Below, piece by piece: positions 40,372 to 49,466 of a stretch of 64,000 bases of DNA (the stretch's first letter is position 1; each line of letters starts with the position of its first letter). Source of the stretch: a candidate division WOR-3 bacterium (GTDB lineage: Bacteria; Hydrothermota; Hydrothermia; UBA1063; CAJXJZ01). The stretch is taken from the NCBI GenBank assembly GCA_026986775.1, contig JALSNX010000028.1, positions 7,609 through 71,608 on the forward strand. Direction: 5' to 3'. Position numbers and translations under genes: made by a program. The notes beneath the pieces were generated by a model, which ran no database searches, was not told the DNA's origin, and worked only from the letters and a program-made list of their open reading frames with translations.

Positions 40372-41664
40372 TCAATGTTTTCTTTTACGTTTAAGCTCGA
40401 GATTGATTATTTTTGCTGCTCTTTTGAGAGCTTTATCTACAGGCAACACACCTCTAAGGGCATATTCAAGTCCTTCTGTTGAAAGATACCGTCTTCCTGT
40501 AAACCATGCAGGATTATTTGGCTCAAAATCACAGTAGGCCACCTGTTTCATGGCTTCCTCCATTCCGGGCACTTCTTCAAAGAATTTTTTCATCTCAGGT
40601 TGCTCAAAAGCACTCTTTGTCAGGGGAAGGTATCCTGTATGAACTGACCAGTAAGCTTGATTTTCCGGCCTCAAAAAATACTTTATGAACTCTATGGCAT
40701 TTCTTCTCTGCCAGTCCGGAACATCTCTATAAAGCGTTACATTTGTGCCTGATACAATAACTGTACTGTCTTTGGTTACTGCATCCATGGGAATCCTTGC
40801 AACACCAAGGTCAAAGTCTATCTTATCTTTCATAAAGCTGTAAGACACTATTGTACCCCATACCATGGCCACCTTTCCAGCAGCAAAATCATCCTGATGC
40901 TTATATCCTGTCGTTATGTAGGCACAGCTGTCCTTATACACAAGGTCATAGAGAAACTGCAAAGCCTCTACACCGGCTTTTGAATCAAAAACAGCTGAAT
41001 CATTAACTATGAGCCGACCACCCTTCTGGTAAAGCAACGTTGCAAACATCCAGACATCTATTACAAAAGCAGTACCATAGATGTCAGGTTTTCCATCTCC
41101 ATCTTTATCAATAGTAAGTTTCTTTGCTACTTCTCTGAATTCCTGCCATGTTCTTGGAAAAGAATCTATTCCGTATTCCCTGAAAAGGTCTTTGTTATAG
41201 TAATAAACAGGCACGCTTTTATTAAAAGGGAATGTAACAAGTTTACCATTCCATGTATTGTCCTTTATTAAAGGTGGAAATATATCTTCCAGCAAACTAT
41301 CTGGTATCATGTCCTTATACTCTTCCACTGGCACTATTTTCCCGGCATCCATTAATTCAGATGTCCACGACTCATATACCTGTGAAAATGTGGGGGGTCT
41401 TGAAGAGGCCACAGCCCCCATAATTTTTTGGGATAAAGTTGAATAATTACCAAGGTTAACCTGAACTATTTTCAAAGAATCCGGCACCTGTGCGTTATAG
41501 TTATTAACTATATTCAAAAGCGCCTCCCCGAGGGGACCTCCCATAGCATGCCAGAATACAGTCCTATTTGTATTTTTTGAAACGCAGCCAGCAAACAGCA
41601 GAATAACAAGAAGGATACTACTTCTTGCTTTTTTCATTCCTTTTCTCCTCTTTTTTAGGTCCAA
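40372..41664 (-). CDS. ABC transporter substrate-binding lipoprotein (family 1, sugar/glycerol-phosphate type), orphan
   Basis: 430 aa. Lipobox LLFAGC. SBP family-1 fold. No cognate permease or ATPase genes adjacent. Confidence 0.75.
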   Translation of the reverse strand: MDLKKRRKGMKKARSSILLVILLFAGCVSKNTNRTVFWHAMGGPLGEALLNIVNNYNAQVPDSLKIVQVNLGNYSTLSQKIMGAVASSRPPTFSQVYESWTSELMDAGKIVPVEEYKDMIPDSLLEDIFPPLIKDNTWNGKLVTFPFNKSVPVYYYNKDLFREYGIDSFPRTWQEFREVAKKLTIDKDGDGKPDIYGTAFVIDVWMFATLLYQKGGRLIVNDSAVFDSKAGVEALQFLYDLVYKDSCAYITTGYKHQDDFAAGKVAMVWGTIVSYSFMKDKIDFDLGVARIPMDAVTKDSTVIVSGTNVTLYRDVPDWQRRNAIEFIKYFLRPENQAYWSVHTGYLPLTKSAFEQPEMKKFFEEVPGMEEAMKQVAYCDFEPNNPAWFTGRRYLSTEGLEYALRGVLPVDKALKRAAKIINLELKRKRKH

Positions 41665-42715
41665 GAGGCATTGAATAAGTTAAGGCATATCTTAGATTAG
41701 CACCATTATTATTGAAACTATATATTTTACTGTCATCTGAAACATCAAGTCTGAAATTGCCAATATGGAACCCTACGCCATAGGTTATTCCTTTCCTTGC
41801 ACCTTCTTCGTCCCAAAAATACCCAAATCTAAAACTCAAAAGGTTATAAAAGGTGTATTCCAGTCCACCATGTTTCCATGCCTCGTTTAACACATATCCA
41901 AAACCCTTGTCTTCATAATCCTTAGAGATACCGACCAGTATTTTGTTTATATCCATAGATACTGTAAAACTGTGATAGGGCATACTCATTTTCAAAGCCA
42001 AACCATTTCTCATAAGATAAGGCAATGGGTCTTTTTCATCTGCTGACGATGAATACTTTATTCCCGGGCCGAAATTATCCAGTTGCAGGCCATAGGTGAC
42101 TTTCATTTTAAACCAGCTGGTTTTTGAATGAATCCACTCTTTCTCAAGAACTGTATAAAGCAGAGAGCCTCCAATTGCAAAAGATGCTCCCTTTCCACCA
42201 CCCTCTATGCCAGTGGCTTTTCGCAGAATTTCTGCCGGAGCAAGGAAGGAATAGATAAACTTGATATTAGTTCCCACACTGAGGCGTTTATTTACATCGT
42301 ACGCGTATGCGAGATTTGCAGCCACATCATAGGGGCGCCATTCTCCGTAGTACTCTCCATCAGGCCCATGCCCCTCAAACAATCCATAAGTGGCATATGT
42401 GATAGAAAGTCCTAAAGCTCCCACAGGAAGTGGTCTGGTCAAACCAATAAATTCATAATACATGTCAGGTGCAAGCCCCCTGAGCCATGGGGAATGCATT
42501 AACGTGATTTCAAAGTCTTTTTTAAATGCAATGGCAGAAGGATTATAGTATAGTGCGGTTGCATCATCCGCCACAGCGCAAAAAGCACCACCTAAAGAAG
42601 TGGCTTTGGCTCCGGGATATATTAACAAAAACACTGCACCTGCCTCAAAAGCAGACGCCTGAAGCAGTGTAACAAGGAATAATACTCCCATTATTTTTTT
42701 CACAAATCTATTCAT
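41618..42715 (-). CDS. Outer-membrane beta-barrel protein, FadL/OmpP1/PorV-like
   Basis: 365 aa. Signal peptide. N-terminal GGAFCAVADDATALYYNPSAIAF resembles the FadL-family GxxxxADDAsAxxxNPAgl motif. Confidence 0.55.
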   Translation of the reverse strand: MNRFVKKIMGVLFLVTLLQASAFEAGAVFLLIYPGAKATSLGGAFCAVADDATALYYNPSAIAFKKDFEITLMHSPWLRGLAPDMYYEFIGLTRPLPVGALGLSITYATYGLFEGHGPDGEYYGEWRPYDVAANLAYAYDVNKRLSVGTNIKFIYSFLAPAEILRKATGIEGGGKGASFAIGGSLLYTVLEKEWIHSKTSWFKMKVTYGLQLDNFGPGIKYSSSADEKDPLPYLMRNGLALKMSMPYHSFTVSMDINKILVGISKDYEDKGFGYVLNEAWKHGGLEYTFYNLLSFRFGYFWDEEGARKGITYGVGFHIGNFRLDVSDDSKIYSFNNNGANLRYALTYSMPLGPKKEEKRNEKSKK

Positions 42716-42865
42716 TATATCAACCCCCTTAATTGATACTGTAATAAGTAAAGTCTAACGGATAACTTACAGATGTTCAAATAAAAAGCCCTTATAAATT
42801 AAATGTATACCAAAGGATTTTCTATATTCCATCATTGATGAATTCAAGCTTTTAATCACTTTCCA

Positions 42866-45283
42866 TCACATCCTTCGGGCCCTTCTTAATTTTTCTTCAA
42901 GTTCTTCTATTGTGTCCACTAAAAGCTTTCTGGGTTTTGAACCATCAGGCGGACCGACAATTTCAAGCTGCTCAAGCTGGTCTATTATCCTTGCAGCCCG
43001 TGCAAATCCAATCTTCAGTTTCCTCTGAAGAAGAGTTGCAGATGCTTTTCCATCATAGTAAACTGTTTTAGCCGCGTCCTCAAGCATATCATCAAACTCG
43101 CCTTCCACCTCCTCCACAATATTTTCAGAGGATGAAATCTCCATAGGCAACTGCAGCATTTCCTCTATTGGCGTATAGTAACCTTCACGAATCTCCCTTA
43201 TAATATTCATGGCTTCATTATATTCTGTGCCAATTTCAGCTTCAATATACTCAGCCACCCTCACTGCAAGCTCCTCAAGCCCCGGCTCGTCAAGTCTTAC
43301 AAATGGCATCACAAGACCGTTATCAACTACCCAGTTCGCTATAGAAGAGGCCCTGTTTCCAAAGTACTCAGAAAGTTTAACAGTAAGATATCTTTTACTT
43401 AACGTTCTCGCTATCTTCTGGGTTTCCTCCTCCGAGATAAATGGACCATGAAGTCTTACCGGTGTAGAAGAACCGGGTGGTATAAAGAGCATATCTCCTT
43501 TTCCAAGAAGTTTCTCAGCACCTATTTCATCAAGAATGGTTCTTGAGTCTATTCTTGATGCCACCTTAAAGGCAATTCTCACAGGGAAATTTGCCTTAAT
43601 TGTGCCGGTTATTACATCAACAGAAGGCCTCTGGGTTGCAACAACTAAATGTATTCCTACAGCCCTCGCCATCTGAGCAAGCCTTGCAAGAGGCTCCTCT
43701 ATTTGCTTGCCAAGCGTGAGCATCAAATCAGCAAACTCGTCAATTATAATAACAATATAAGGTAATGTGGGTTCACCCTTTGCTTTTGCTTTCCTGTTAT
43801 GGCTTTCTATGTCTTTTACTCCATCCCTTGCAAAATGTCTGTATCTATAATCCATCCAGTCAACAGCACGTTTTAATACTTCACCTGCTATTTTCCTATC
43901 CTTAACAACAGGCAGGAGCAGGTGAGGAATGCCATCGTAAAAGGAAAGCTCAATTCTCTTTGGGTCAATCATAAGAAAGCGAACATCGTCAGGTGACGCG
44001 CGAAAGAGAATGCTTGTGATAATTGTATTTATGGACACAGACTTACCACTTCCTGTAGCACCTGCAATGAGAAGATGTGGCATCTTTGACAAATCTGCAT
44101 AAAAAGCATATCCTGCTGTATCAACTCCGAGTGCAAAGGCCAATCTGGATTTTAATTTTTTAAATTCATCCGTGGAAACCAATTCCGAAAGATAGACAGT
44201 TCTCCTTCTTCTATTGGGAACCTCTATGCCTATCAGTCCTTTTCCGGGAAGAGGCGCTACTATCCTTATCTTTTCCACCTTCATTCTGAGAGCAAGATCA
44301 TCAGAAAGGGCTACAACCCTTGATAATTTTATACCTGGTGCCGGCTCAAATTCATATCTTGTAACAACGGGACCCGGATAATAATCCACCACCCTGCCTC
44401 TCACTTTAAACTCTGCAAGCTTTTCCTCTATGAGCCTCGCTTTCTCCTCAAGTTCCTTTCTGTCAACCTCTGTATCAAGAAGAGGAGGCCTGTTCAATAG
44501 ACCAAGAAGCGCCTCATGCGATACCTCAAAGCCCGGCGGTGGCAAGTTCCTGTCCTTTTCCTCTTCTTCACTCTTTTCTTTTTCCCTTTCTTTTATCTCA
44601 CTCTGAGGTTCTACATTTTCACGGAGAGAACTATTCTTCTTCTGGAAGGTTTTTCTTTCCCTCTTTCTCCTGTTCTCGGGAACTGGTGTTATATCATACT
44701 GGAATCCATCTTCACCTGCATGTTCATGAGAATCCATGCTACTCTGGACGGGATTTTCTTTCTTCCTCTTAAAAATGTCTATAAGTATATCATGAAAGCC
44801 GGGATACAATGACAGGGCTGCAAATATCACAGAAAAAGTATAGAGCCCACCTGTGCCGAACCATCTTATCAAAAAATTGGCAAGCTCGTGGGATATGTTT
44901 CCCTTTGAAGTTTCAGGAAAAAAGAGACTTATAAAGAAGATGAACATAAAAAGTGAACCAAGTTTAAATAGCCAGTTCTTTCTTATTTTCCAGAATAGCA
45001 TTGAAGAGAGTACAAGGATAAAGGAAACCACAAAAAAGTATGTGAGCACAGGTCCAAGTGAAACAAGAAGAAGTTTTGCCACCCTGTATCCTATAACCCC
45101 CCCCAAATTCATTTCCGGTTGTGAGGTGGAAAAGGTTAAAAGTGAGAGAAATGTTATCATAAAAACTCCAAGTGAGAACCCCACCCCTAACTTAAAGAAG
45201 AACCTCTGGTTCTCAATCTCAGAGAGATAACCTAAAAGTATAAGAAGCAAAACTGAAAATAGGAATAGAAAAGCACCTATCAT
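42866..45283 (-). CDS. ftsK: DNA translocase FtsK/SpoIIIE
   Basis: 805 aa. N-terminal TM segments, acidic linker, motor domain (GATGSGKSVSIN), C-terminal gamma (winged-helix) domain. Confidence 0.9.
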   Translation of the reverse strand: MIGAFLFLFSVLLLILLGYLSEIENQRFFFKLGVGFSLGVFMITFLSLLTFSTSQPEMNLGGVIGYRVAKLLLVSLGPVLTYFFVVSFILVLSSMLFWKIRKNWLFKLGSLFMFIFFISLFFPETSKGNISHELANFLIRWFGTGGLYTFSVIFAALSLYPGFHDILIDIFKRKKENPVQSSMDSHEHAGEDGFQYDITPVPENRRKRERKTFQKKNSSLRENVEPQSEIKEREKEKSEEEEKDRNLPPPGFEVSHEALLGLLNRPPLLDTEVDRKELEEKARLIEEKLAEFKVRGRVVDYYPGPVVTRYEFEPAPGIKLSRVVALSDDLALRMKVEKIRIVAPLPGKGLIGIEVPNRRRRTVYLSELVSTDEFKKLKSRLAFALGVDTAGYAFYADLSKMPHLLIAGATGSGKSVSINTIITSILFRASPDDVRFLMIDPKRIELSFYDGIPHLLLPVVKDRKIAGEVLKRAVDWMDYRYRHFARDGVKDIESHNRKAKAKGEPTLPYIVIIIDEFADLMLTLGKQIEEPLARLAQMARAVGIHLVVATQRPSVDVITGTIKANFPVRIAFKVASRIDSRTILDEIGAEKLLGKGDMLFIPPGSSTPVRLHGPFISEEETQKIARTLSKRYLTVKLSEYFGNRASSIANWVVDNGLVMPFVRLDEPGLEELAVRVAEYIEAEIGTEYNEAMNIIREIREGYYTPIEEMLQLPMEISSSENIVEEVEGEFDDMLEDAAKTVYYDGKASATLLQRKLKIGFARAARIIDQLEQLEIVGPPDGSKPRKLLVDTIEELEEKLRRARRM

Positions 45284-45298
45284 AAAATTATTTTAACA

Positions 45299-46204
45299 CT
45301 ATACAGACAGCCTATCAAGAAACTGTCTGTCTTTTCTCCACCTTTCATGTACTTTGACCCATAGCTCAAGGAACACTTTTCTTCCCAAAAACGCTTCAAT
45401 TTCCTTTCTCGCGTAAGTCCCCAGTTTCTTTATTTTCAGACCACCTTTTCCAATAATAATGGGCTTCTGGCTTTCTTTTTCCACATAAATTATCGCCCTT
45501 ATATAATCCACACCACCGTGTCTTTCATCTTTTTCTATGAATTCGTCAACTTTTACTGCAGCAGCATAAGGTATCTCCTCGCCATACAGATTATAGAGTT
45601 TCTCTCTTATTATTTCTTCAACCATGAATCTTTCGTTTCTGTCAGTTGTAGTATCTTCAGGATAATAAAACTCGCCTTCAGGAAGATATTTGACTATGCT
45701 ATCAAGGAGTTCATCAACATTGATGTTCATCGTCACGCTCATGGGAAAAATCTCTTTAAATGGATAGAGCCTGTTATAAGTTTCTATTAAAGGCAGGAGC
45801 CTTGTTTTCTCAACCATATCAACCTTGTTAATAGCACATATTACCGGCTTCTCATGTTTTTTAAGAAGTTCAATGGTATACATATCAAGCTCATCAGGTC
45901 CAAAGGGATCTGTTATAAACAACACCACATCTGCCTCTTCAAGAGATTCCACGGCATTTTTTATCATCCTCTTATGCAATTCATGTTTTGGCTTTGATAT
46001 TATGCCTGGAGTATCCAGAAAGAGAATCTGAGCGTTATCAAGCGTGAGTATCCCCAATATCCTATGTCTTGTTGTTTGTGGTTTTCTGGACATTGCTGCA
46101 ATTTTCACCCCGATGAGTCTATTGAGCAACGTTGACTTACCCACATTGGGCTTGCCAACTATACCCACATAACCTGATTTTTTAGAAACTGTATTTTGTT
46201 CCAA
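45299..46204 (-). CDS. era: GTPase Era
   Basis: G1 GKPNVGKST, G3 DTPG, G4 NKVD, C-terminal KH domain. A TTG start at 46204 is preceded by GGAGG at 7 nt spacing. The 353-aa ORF-track version (to 46360) would overlap the upstream gene by 179 nt. Confidence 0.85.
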   Translation of the reverse strand: MEQNTVSKKSGYVGIVGKPNVGKSTLLNRLIGVKIAAMSRKPQTTRHRILGILTLDNAQILFLDTPGIISKPKHELHKRMIKNAVESLEEADVVLFITDPFGPDELDMYTIELLKKHEKPVICAINKVDMVEKTRLLPLIETYNRLYPFKEIFPMSVTMNINVDELLDSIVKYLPEGEFYYPEDTTTDRNERFMVEEIIREKLYNLYGEEIPYAAAVKVDEFIEKDERHGGVDYIRAIIYVEKESQKPIIIGKGGLKIKKLGTYARKEIEAFLGRKVFLELWVKVHERWRKDRQFLDRLSV

Positions 46205-47396
46205 TTTTAAACCTCCTTTCCTTAAAAAATTGCAATTTATCCTGTGTGGTGGGGTCAGTTTCTTCAATTGTTCCGCGGGTGAACAGATGGTGTTCCCAGA
46301 AAAACTGAAACCTTCCCCTCTGATATTCCAGCCTTCCTCCGGCATTGTAAACCCTGCCACTTTTATCCTGAACCTGATATATGCATAAAATAGGGCTATA
46401 TACGAGTTTTCCCCACATCGGTATATGAGCTACTGCCTTTAACTTAGACAATGCTCTATTGGTAACTCCGTATACCGTCAGGAAATTCTCATAATTTCCC
46501 AACAATTTAAAGTATTCTCCCTGAATATCCAGATATTTACCCTTAAACGCAAATTCAACGTCCAGACTTTTCTTAAAAACAGAATCGGGTACTCTATAGT
46601 TAAGGTTGAGTAAAACCGGCTTTTTGTCTATAAGTATACTGAGTCTTCTTTCCATGATAGCCATAATAGAATCCCCTGTAATACCGTCTGGATAGAGATA
46701 TGAGAACAAATGAGGGGTTTTAATATCATACCCGTAATGGAGGTCAAGATATGCTCCTCCTGTTATCAAAACCTTTAAATTAAATTCAGGAATAAGCTTA
46801 CTGGTAAGTCCAAGTGACACAAATTTCCTGTTGCCCATTATACCGACACCAGCTCTGTAAATATCCTCATATCCTCGCCTGGATAGCATATCCGTGCGCT
46901 CAATTCCTGAATAAGTCAACACACCTTCTGTACCTGAATAAACAATGGAGAATGCAATGGGTAAATTGAATACAGCATGAGCTGTACTATCTTTTCTAAA
47001 ATAATGCAGTCCGGGAAGCAACGTAATGTTAGGAATAATTCTACCCCATGAGAAATATAAATCCACTGTATCTCTGAGTATAATAGAATACTGTGACCTA
47101 TTCCTCAAAAGACCATATACTCCATGACTTATGCTAAAGAAGCGCGTCGCTATAAAGTATCTGTTTTCTAATGAGGTAAATGGCTCATAGTCATAGCGTT
47201 CTTCCGCAGCAAAATAAAAGCTCTTAAACTTAATTCTAAAATCAGTATGATACCCTGCTTTTAAATAATCCTTTTCCTGGTTGTAATACACAAATTCCCA
47301 TCTTGGAGGATTAATTTCAAGAGCATTTGTGGGCAGAAATATAGAATCAGGTATATTCAACTTCAAAGATACAAGAATAACCGTCAAAACATTCAT
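46182..47396 (-). CDS. Hypothetical outer-membrane beta-barrel protein
   Basis: 404 aa. N-terminal signal, alternating amphipathic strands, C-terminal ...KIGTKYSF (terminal Phe). Directly downstream of the lptF/G-family gene. Confidence 0.5.
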   Translation of the reverse strand: MNVLTVILVSLKLNIPDSIFLPTNALEINPPRWEFVYYNQEKDYLKAGYHTDFRIKFKSFYFAAEERYDYEPFTSLENRYFIATRFFSISHGVYGLLRNRSQYSIILRDTVDLYFSWGRIIPNITLLPGLHYFRKDSTAHAVFNLPIAFSIVYSGTEGVLTYSGIERTDMLSRRGYEDIYRAGVGIMGNRKFVSLGLTSKLIPEFNLKVLITGGAYLDLHYGYDIKTPHLFSYLYPDGITGDSIMAIMERRLSILIDKKPVLLNLNYRVPDSVFKKSLDVEFAFKGKYLDIQGEYFKLLGNYENFLTVYGVTNRALSKLKAVAHIPMWGKLVYSPILCIYQVQDKSGRVYNAGGRLEYQRGRFQFFWEHHLFTRGTIEETDPTTQDKLQFFKERRFKIGTKYSF

Positions 47397-48535
47397 TATT
47401 CACACCTCCTGGCAAGAAAAACGCTTAAAATTCCAAAAAGAACGTTCGGAAACCACATAGCAAGAGCAGGGGAAATGTATCCCCTTCTTGCAAGTTCCTC
47501 ACCACCTATAAGAAAAATATAGTATACCGTAAATACAAGGAACGAAAAACCAAAAGCAGCACCATACCCACCCTTCTTTGTAAGCGTTGCAATTGCCGCA
47601 CCAAGAACAATAAATATAATACCTGCAAAAGGCAGCGAAAACTTCTTGTGTATCTCTATAAAATATCTGTCTTTGATTTTTTTAAGAATGCGTAAACGTA
47701 TGGTGTCTCTGGGGTCCGTTTTCTCTATTTCCTTATCCTTTTCCTTTATGGCTGAAAGAAGCATCGCTACAGTCATTTCCCTCTCACTTCTATACTTTCT
47801 TTCCTTCTCTGTAAGTTTGGTGTCGATCGGTATCCTGATAATCTGCCTTTTAAAACTTATTTCGCGAAAATCTTCATTCTTCTCGCCAGCGCTTTCATAA
47901 ATGCTCCCCTGTTTAAGAACAAGTACAATCAACGTATCACCTTCCGAATTAAGCAGGCCTCTTTTTGCCACTATTGTCCTTACACCACTGTTCTCAGGTA
48001 ACTTTTCTATTATCTTAATATTTTTCAGTTCCCCAGTCCTCTCATTCTTCTTATCAGCATAAATAAGATAATCTCCAACCTTACTGAATACCCCCTCCTG
48101 TATACTCACTGCCGGTTTTTTTGCATGAATACTGAATATCAAATTTTTCACCCGGTGGTTTGCTTCTGGCAAAATCCTGTCATTAAACCAGCACATGAAA
48201 AGAAAAACAAAGAACGCAAAAACAAGCGGCCCAAAGAGTGTTCTCTTAAAACTTATACCAAGAGACTTAAAGGCCATCATTTCAAAATCCTGCGATAATC
48301 GGCCATAAGCTACAAGTGAAGAAATGAGCAGAGCCATGGAGACTGTCATGGCAAGTATAAATGGCAGAGAATACAGAAAAACCTTGAACACCACCAACAC
48401 AGGAACTCCCTTTCTGATAATAAGGTCCATAAGCTGATACACCCGATTTAAGAGTAATAAGATTGTAAACGTAAAAAGACCTCCTGCGAAAGGTGACAGG
48501 TGTTCCCTTATGAGATAAAGGTCAATTTTTCTCAT
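47396..48535 (-). CDS. LPS export ABC permease LptF/LptG family (YjgP/YjgQ)
   Basis: 379 aa. MRKIDLYLIREHLSPF N-terminus, 3 TM, a periplasmic beta-jellyroll domain, then 3 TM. Confidence 0.75.
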   Translation of the reverse strand: MRKIDLYLIREHLSPFAGGLFTFTILLLLNRVYQLMDLIIRKGVPVLVVFKVFLYSLPFILAMTVSMALLISSLVAYGRLSQDFEMMAFKSLGISFKRTLFGPLVFAFFVFLFMCWFNDRILPEANHRVKNLIFSIHAKKPAVSIQEGVFSKVGDYLIYADKKNERTGELKNIKIIEKLPENSGVRTIVAKRGLLNSEGDTLIVLVLKQGSIYESAGEKNEDFREISFKRQIIRIPIDTKLTEKERKYRSEREMTVAMLLSAIKEKDKEIEKTDPRDTIRLRILKKIKDRYFIEIHKKFSLPFAGIIFIVLGAAIATLTKKGGYGAAFGFSFLVFTVYYIFLIGGEELARRGYISPALAMWFPNVLFGILSVFLARRCE

Positions 48536-48747
48536 TTAGACCTTAAAATGAGTGACAAAAGGAGAGTGAGTATTATTGATATCAAAATACTCGTTCCAAT
48601 AGGAAAATAAAACACAAAATTTTTTCCTCTGATTACTATATCAAATGGCAGTTTAAAGCCTGTGCTGCCTATAAGATAAAAGACTCCACCTGCCAGAAGG
48701 AATATCAACCCTGTTACAATAAGAATTGTTCCAATTTCTTTTAACAT
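48532..48747 (-). CDS. DUF2905-family small membrane protein
   Basis: 71 aa, two TM segments. DIVIRGKNFVFYFPIGTSILISIILT matches the DUF2905 core. Confidence 0.55.
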   Translation of the reverse strand: MLKEIGTILIVTGLIFLLAGGVFYLIGSTGFKLPFDIVIRGKNFVFYFPIGTSILISIILTLLLSLILRSK

Positions 48748-48780
48748 AATTAAATTTTACGGGTATTTCTGGATAAATCA

Positions 48781-48808
48781 AAGAAAAAAGGGGGCACTCT
48801 GGCCCCCT
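48781..48808 (-). terminator. Rho-independent terminator after the propeptide-like gene
   Basis: GGGGGC-actctg-GCCCCC hairpin (48790-48807), preceded on the plus strand by AAGAAAAAA (a U-rich tail on the minus strand). Confidence 0.55.
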
Positions 48809-48817
48809 ATGTATTGA

Positions 48818-49456
48818 TCAGTTCCTCAGTGGTGGCGCAAAAGCATCTATATCCTCAGGATTTACAACAAAGCCCTTTAGCTGTCCACGAATAAGGTTAA
48901 GTTGATTTATGGTAATTGGATTTACACTTCTGGCTCCTTCCTGATACTTCACTTTTAGAACGAGACTGGTAATAACCCTCAATTCACCACTTACGGGATT
49001 ATATATAACAGGATACACGATGAAAGAAGCAAGAGAGAATCCTCCCATGTTCCCAACTTTGCCAAACTTTACCGGAATTTCTGGATAAAAAGCATCCTTT
49101 TCGTATATCTTTTTATCCGGCCCAATAAATTTCTCGGGAACCTTGAAGGAAATTGGAACCGGTTTCTGCTGTGGTATAACTTTATAGCCTGTACCAATGT
49201 ACTTCGTCTCCATACTCACAATTTCAAAGCCATTGAAACTACTTCCTGCTGGTATAAGCACGGCAACACCACGAGAAGGAAGCATAGGAGCACCAAAAGG
49301 ATTGGTGTAGCCAAAATCTTCATATGTAACCGTAACATATCCCTTTTCCGATCCCAATTTAACTTTAGCAGGGTCAAAAGAGAATTTTATTATTTTTTCT
49401 CCTGCCTGCAGAATCGTAAAGGAAAGAAGCATTATAAAAAGTGTCTTTTTAAGCAT
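48818..49456 (-). CDS. Secreted standalone homologue of the gingipain (C25) N-terminal propeptide domain
   Basis: 212 aa. Signal peptide MLKKTLFIMLLSFTILQA, GAPMLPSRGVAV (compare RgpB prodomain GTPILPILSRSLAV), VYPVIYNPVSGELRVITSLVLKV (compare FAPLQYNPVTKTLRIYTEIVVAV). AGGAGGTG RBS 10 nt after the protease stop. Confidence 0.6.
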   Translation of the reverse strand: MLKKTLFIMLLSFTILQAGEKIIKFSFDPAKVKLGSEKGYVTVTYEDFGYTNPFGAPMLPSRGVAVLIPAGSSFNGFEIVSMETKYIGTGYKVIPQQKPVPISFKVPEKFIGPDKKIYEKDAFYPEIPVKFGKVGNMGGFSLASFIVYPVIYNPVSGELRVITSLVLKVKYQEGARSVNPITINQLNLIRGQLKGFVVNPEDIDAFAPPLRN

Positions 49457-49466
49457 AACCCACCTC

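Noticed and set aside
45299-46360. ORF-track 353-aa version of Era with a 52-aa N-terminal extension (MAGFTMPEEGWNIRGEGF...)
   Set aside because: The extension would overlap the upstream outer-membrane-protein gene by about 180 nt and is not Era-like. A TTG at 46204 with a GGAGG RBS 7 nt upstream gives a normal roughly 301-aa Era, so the shorter start is adopted.
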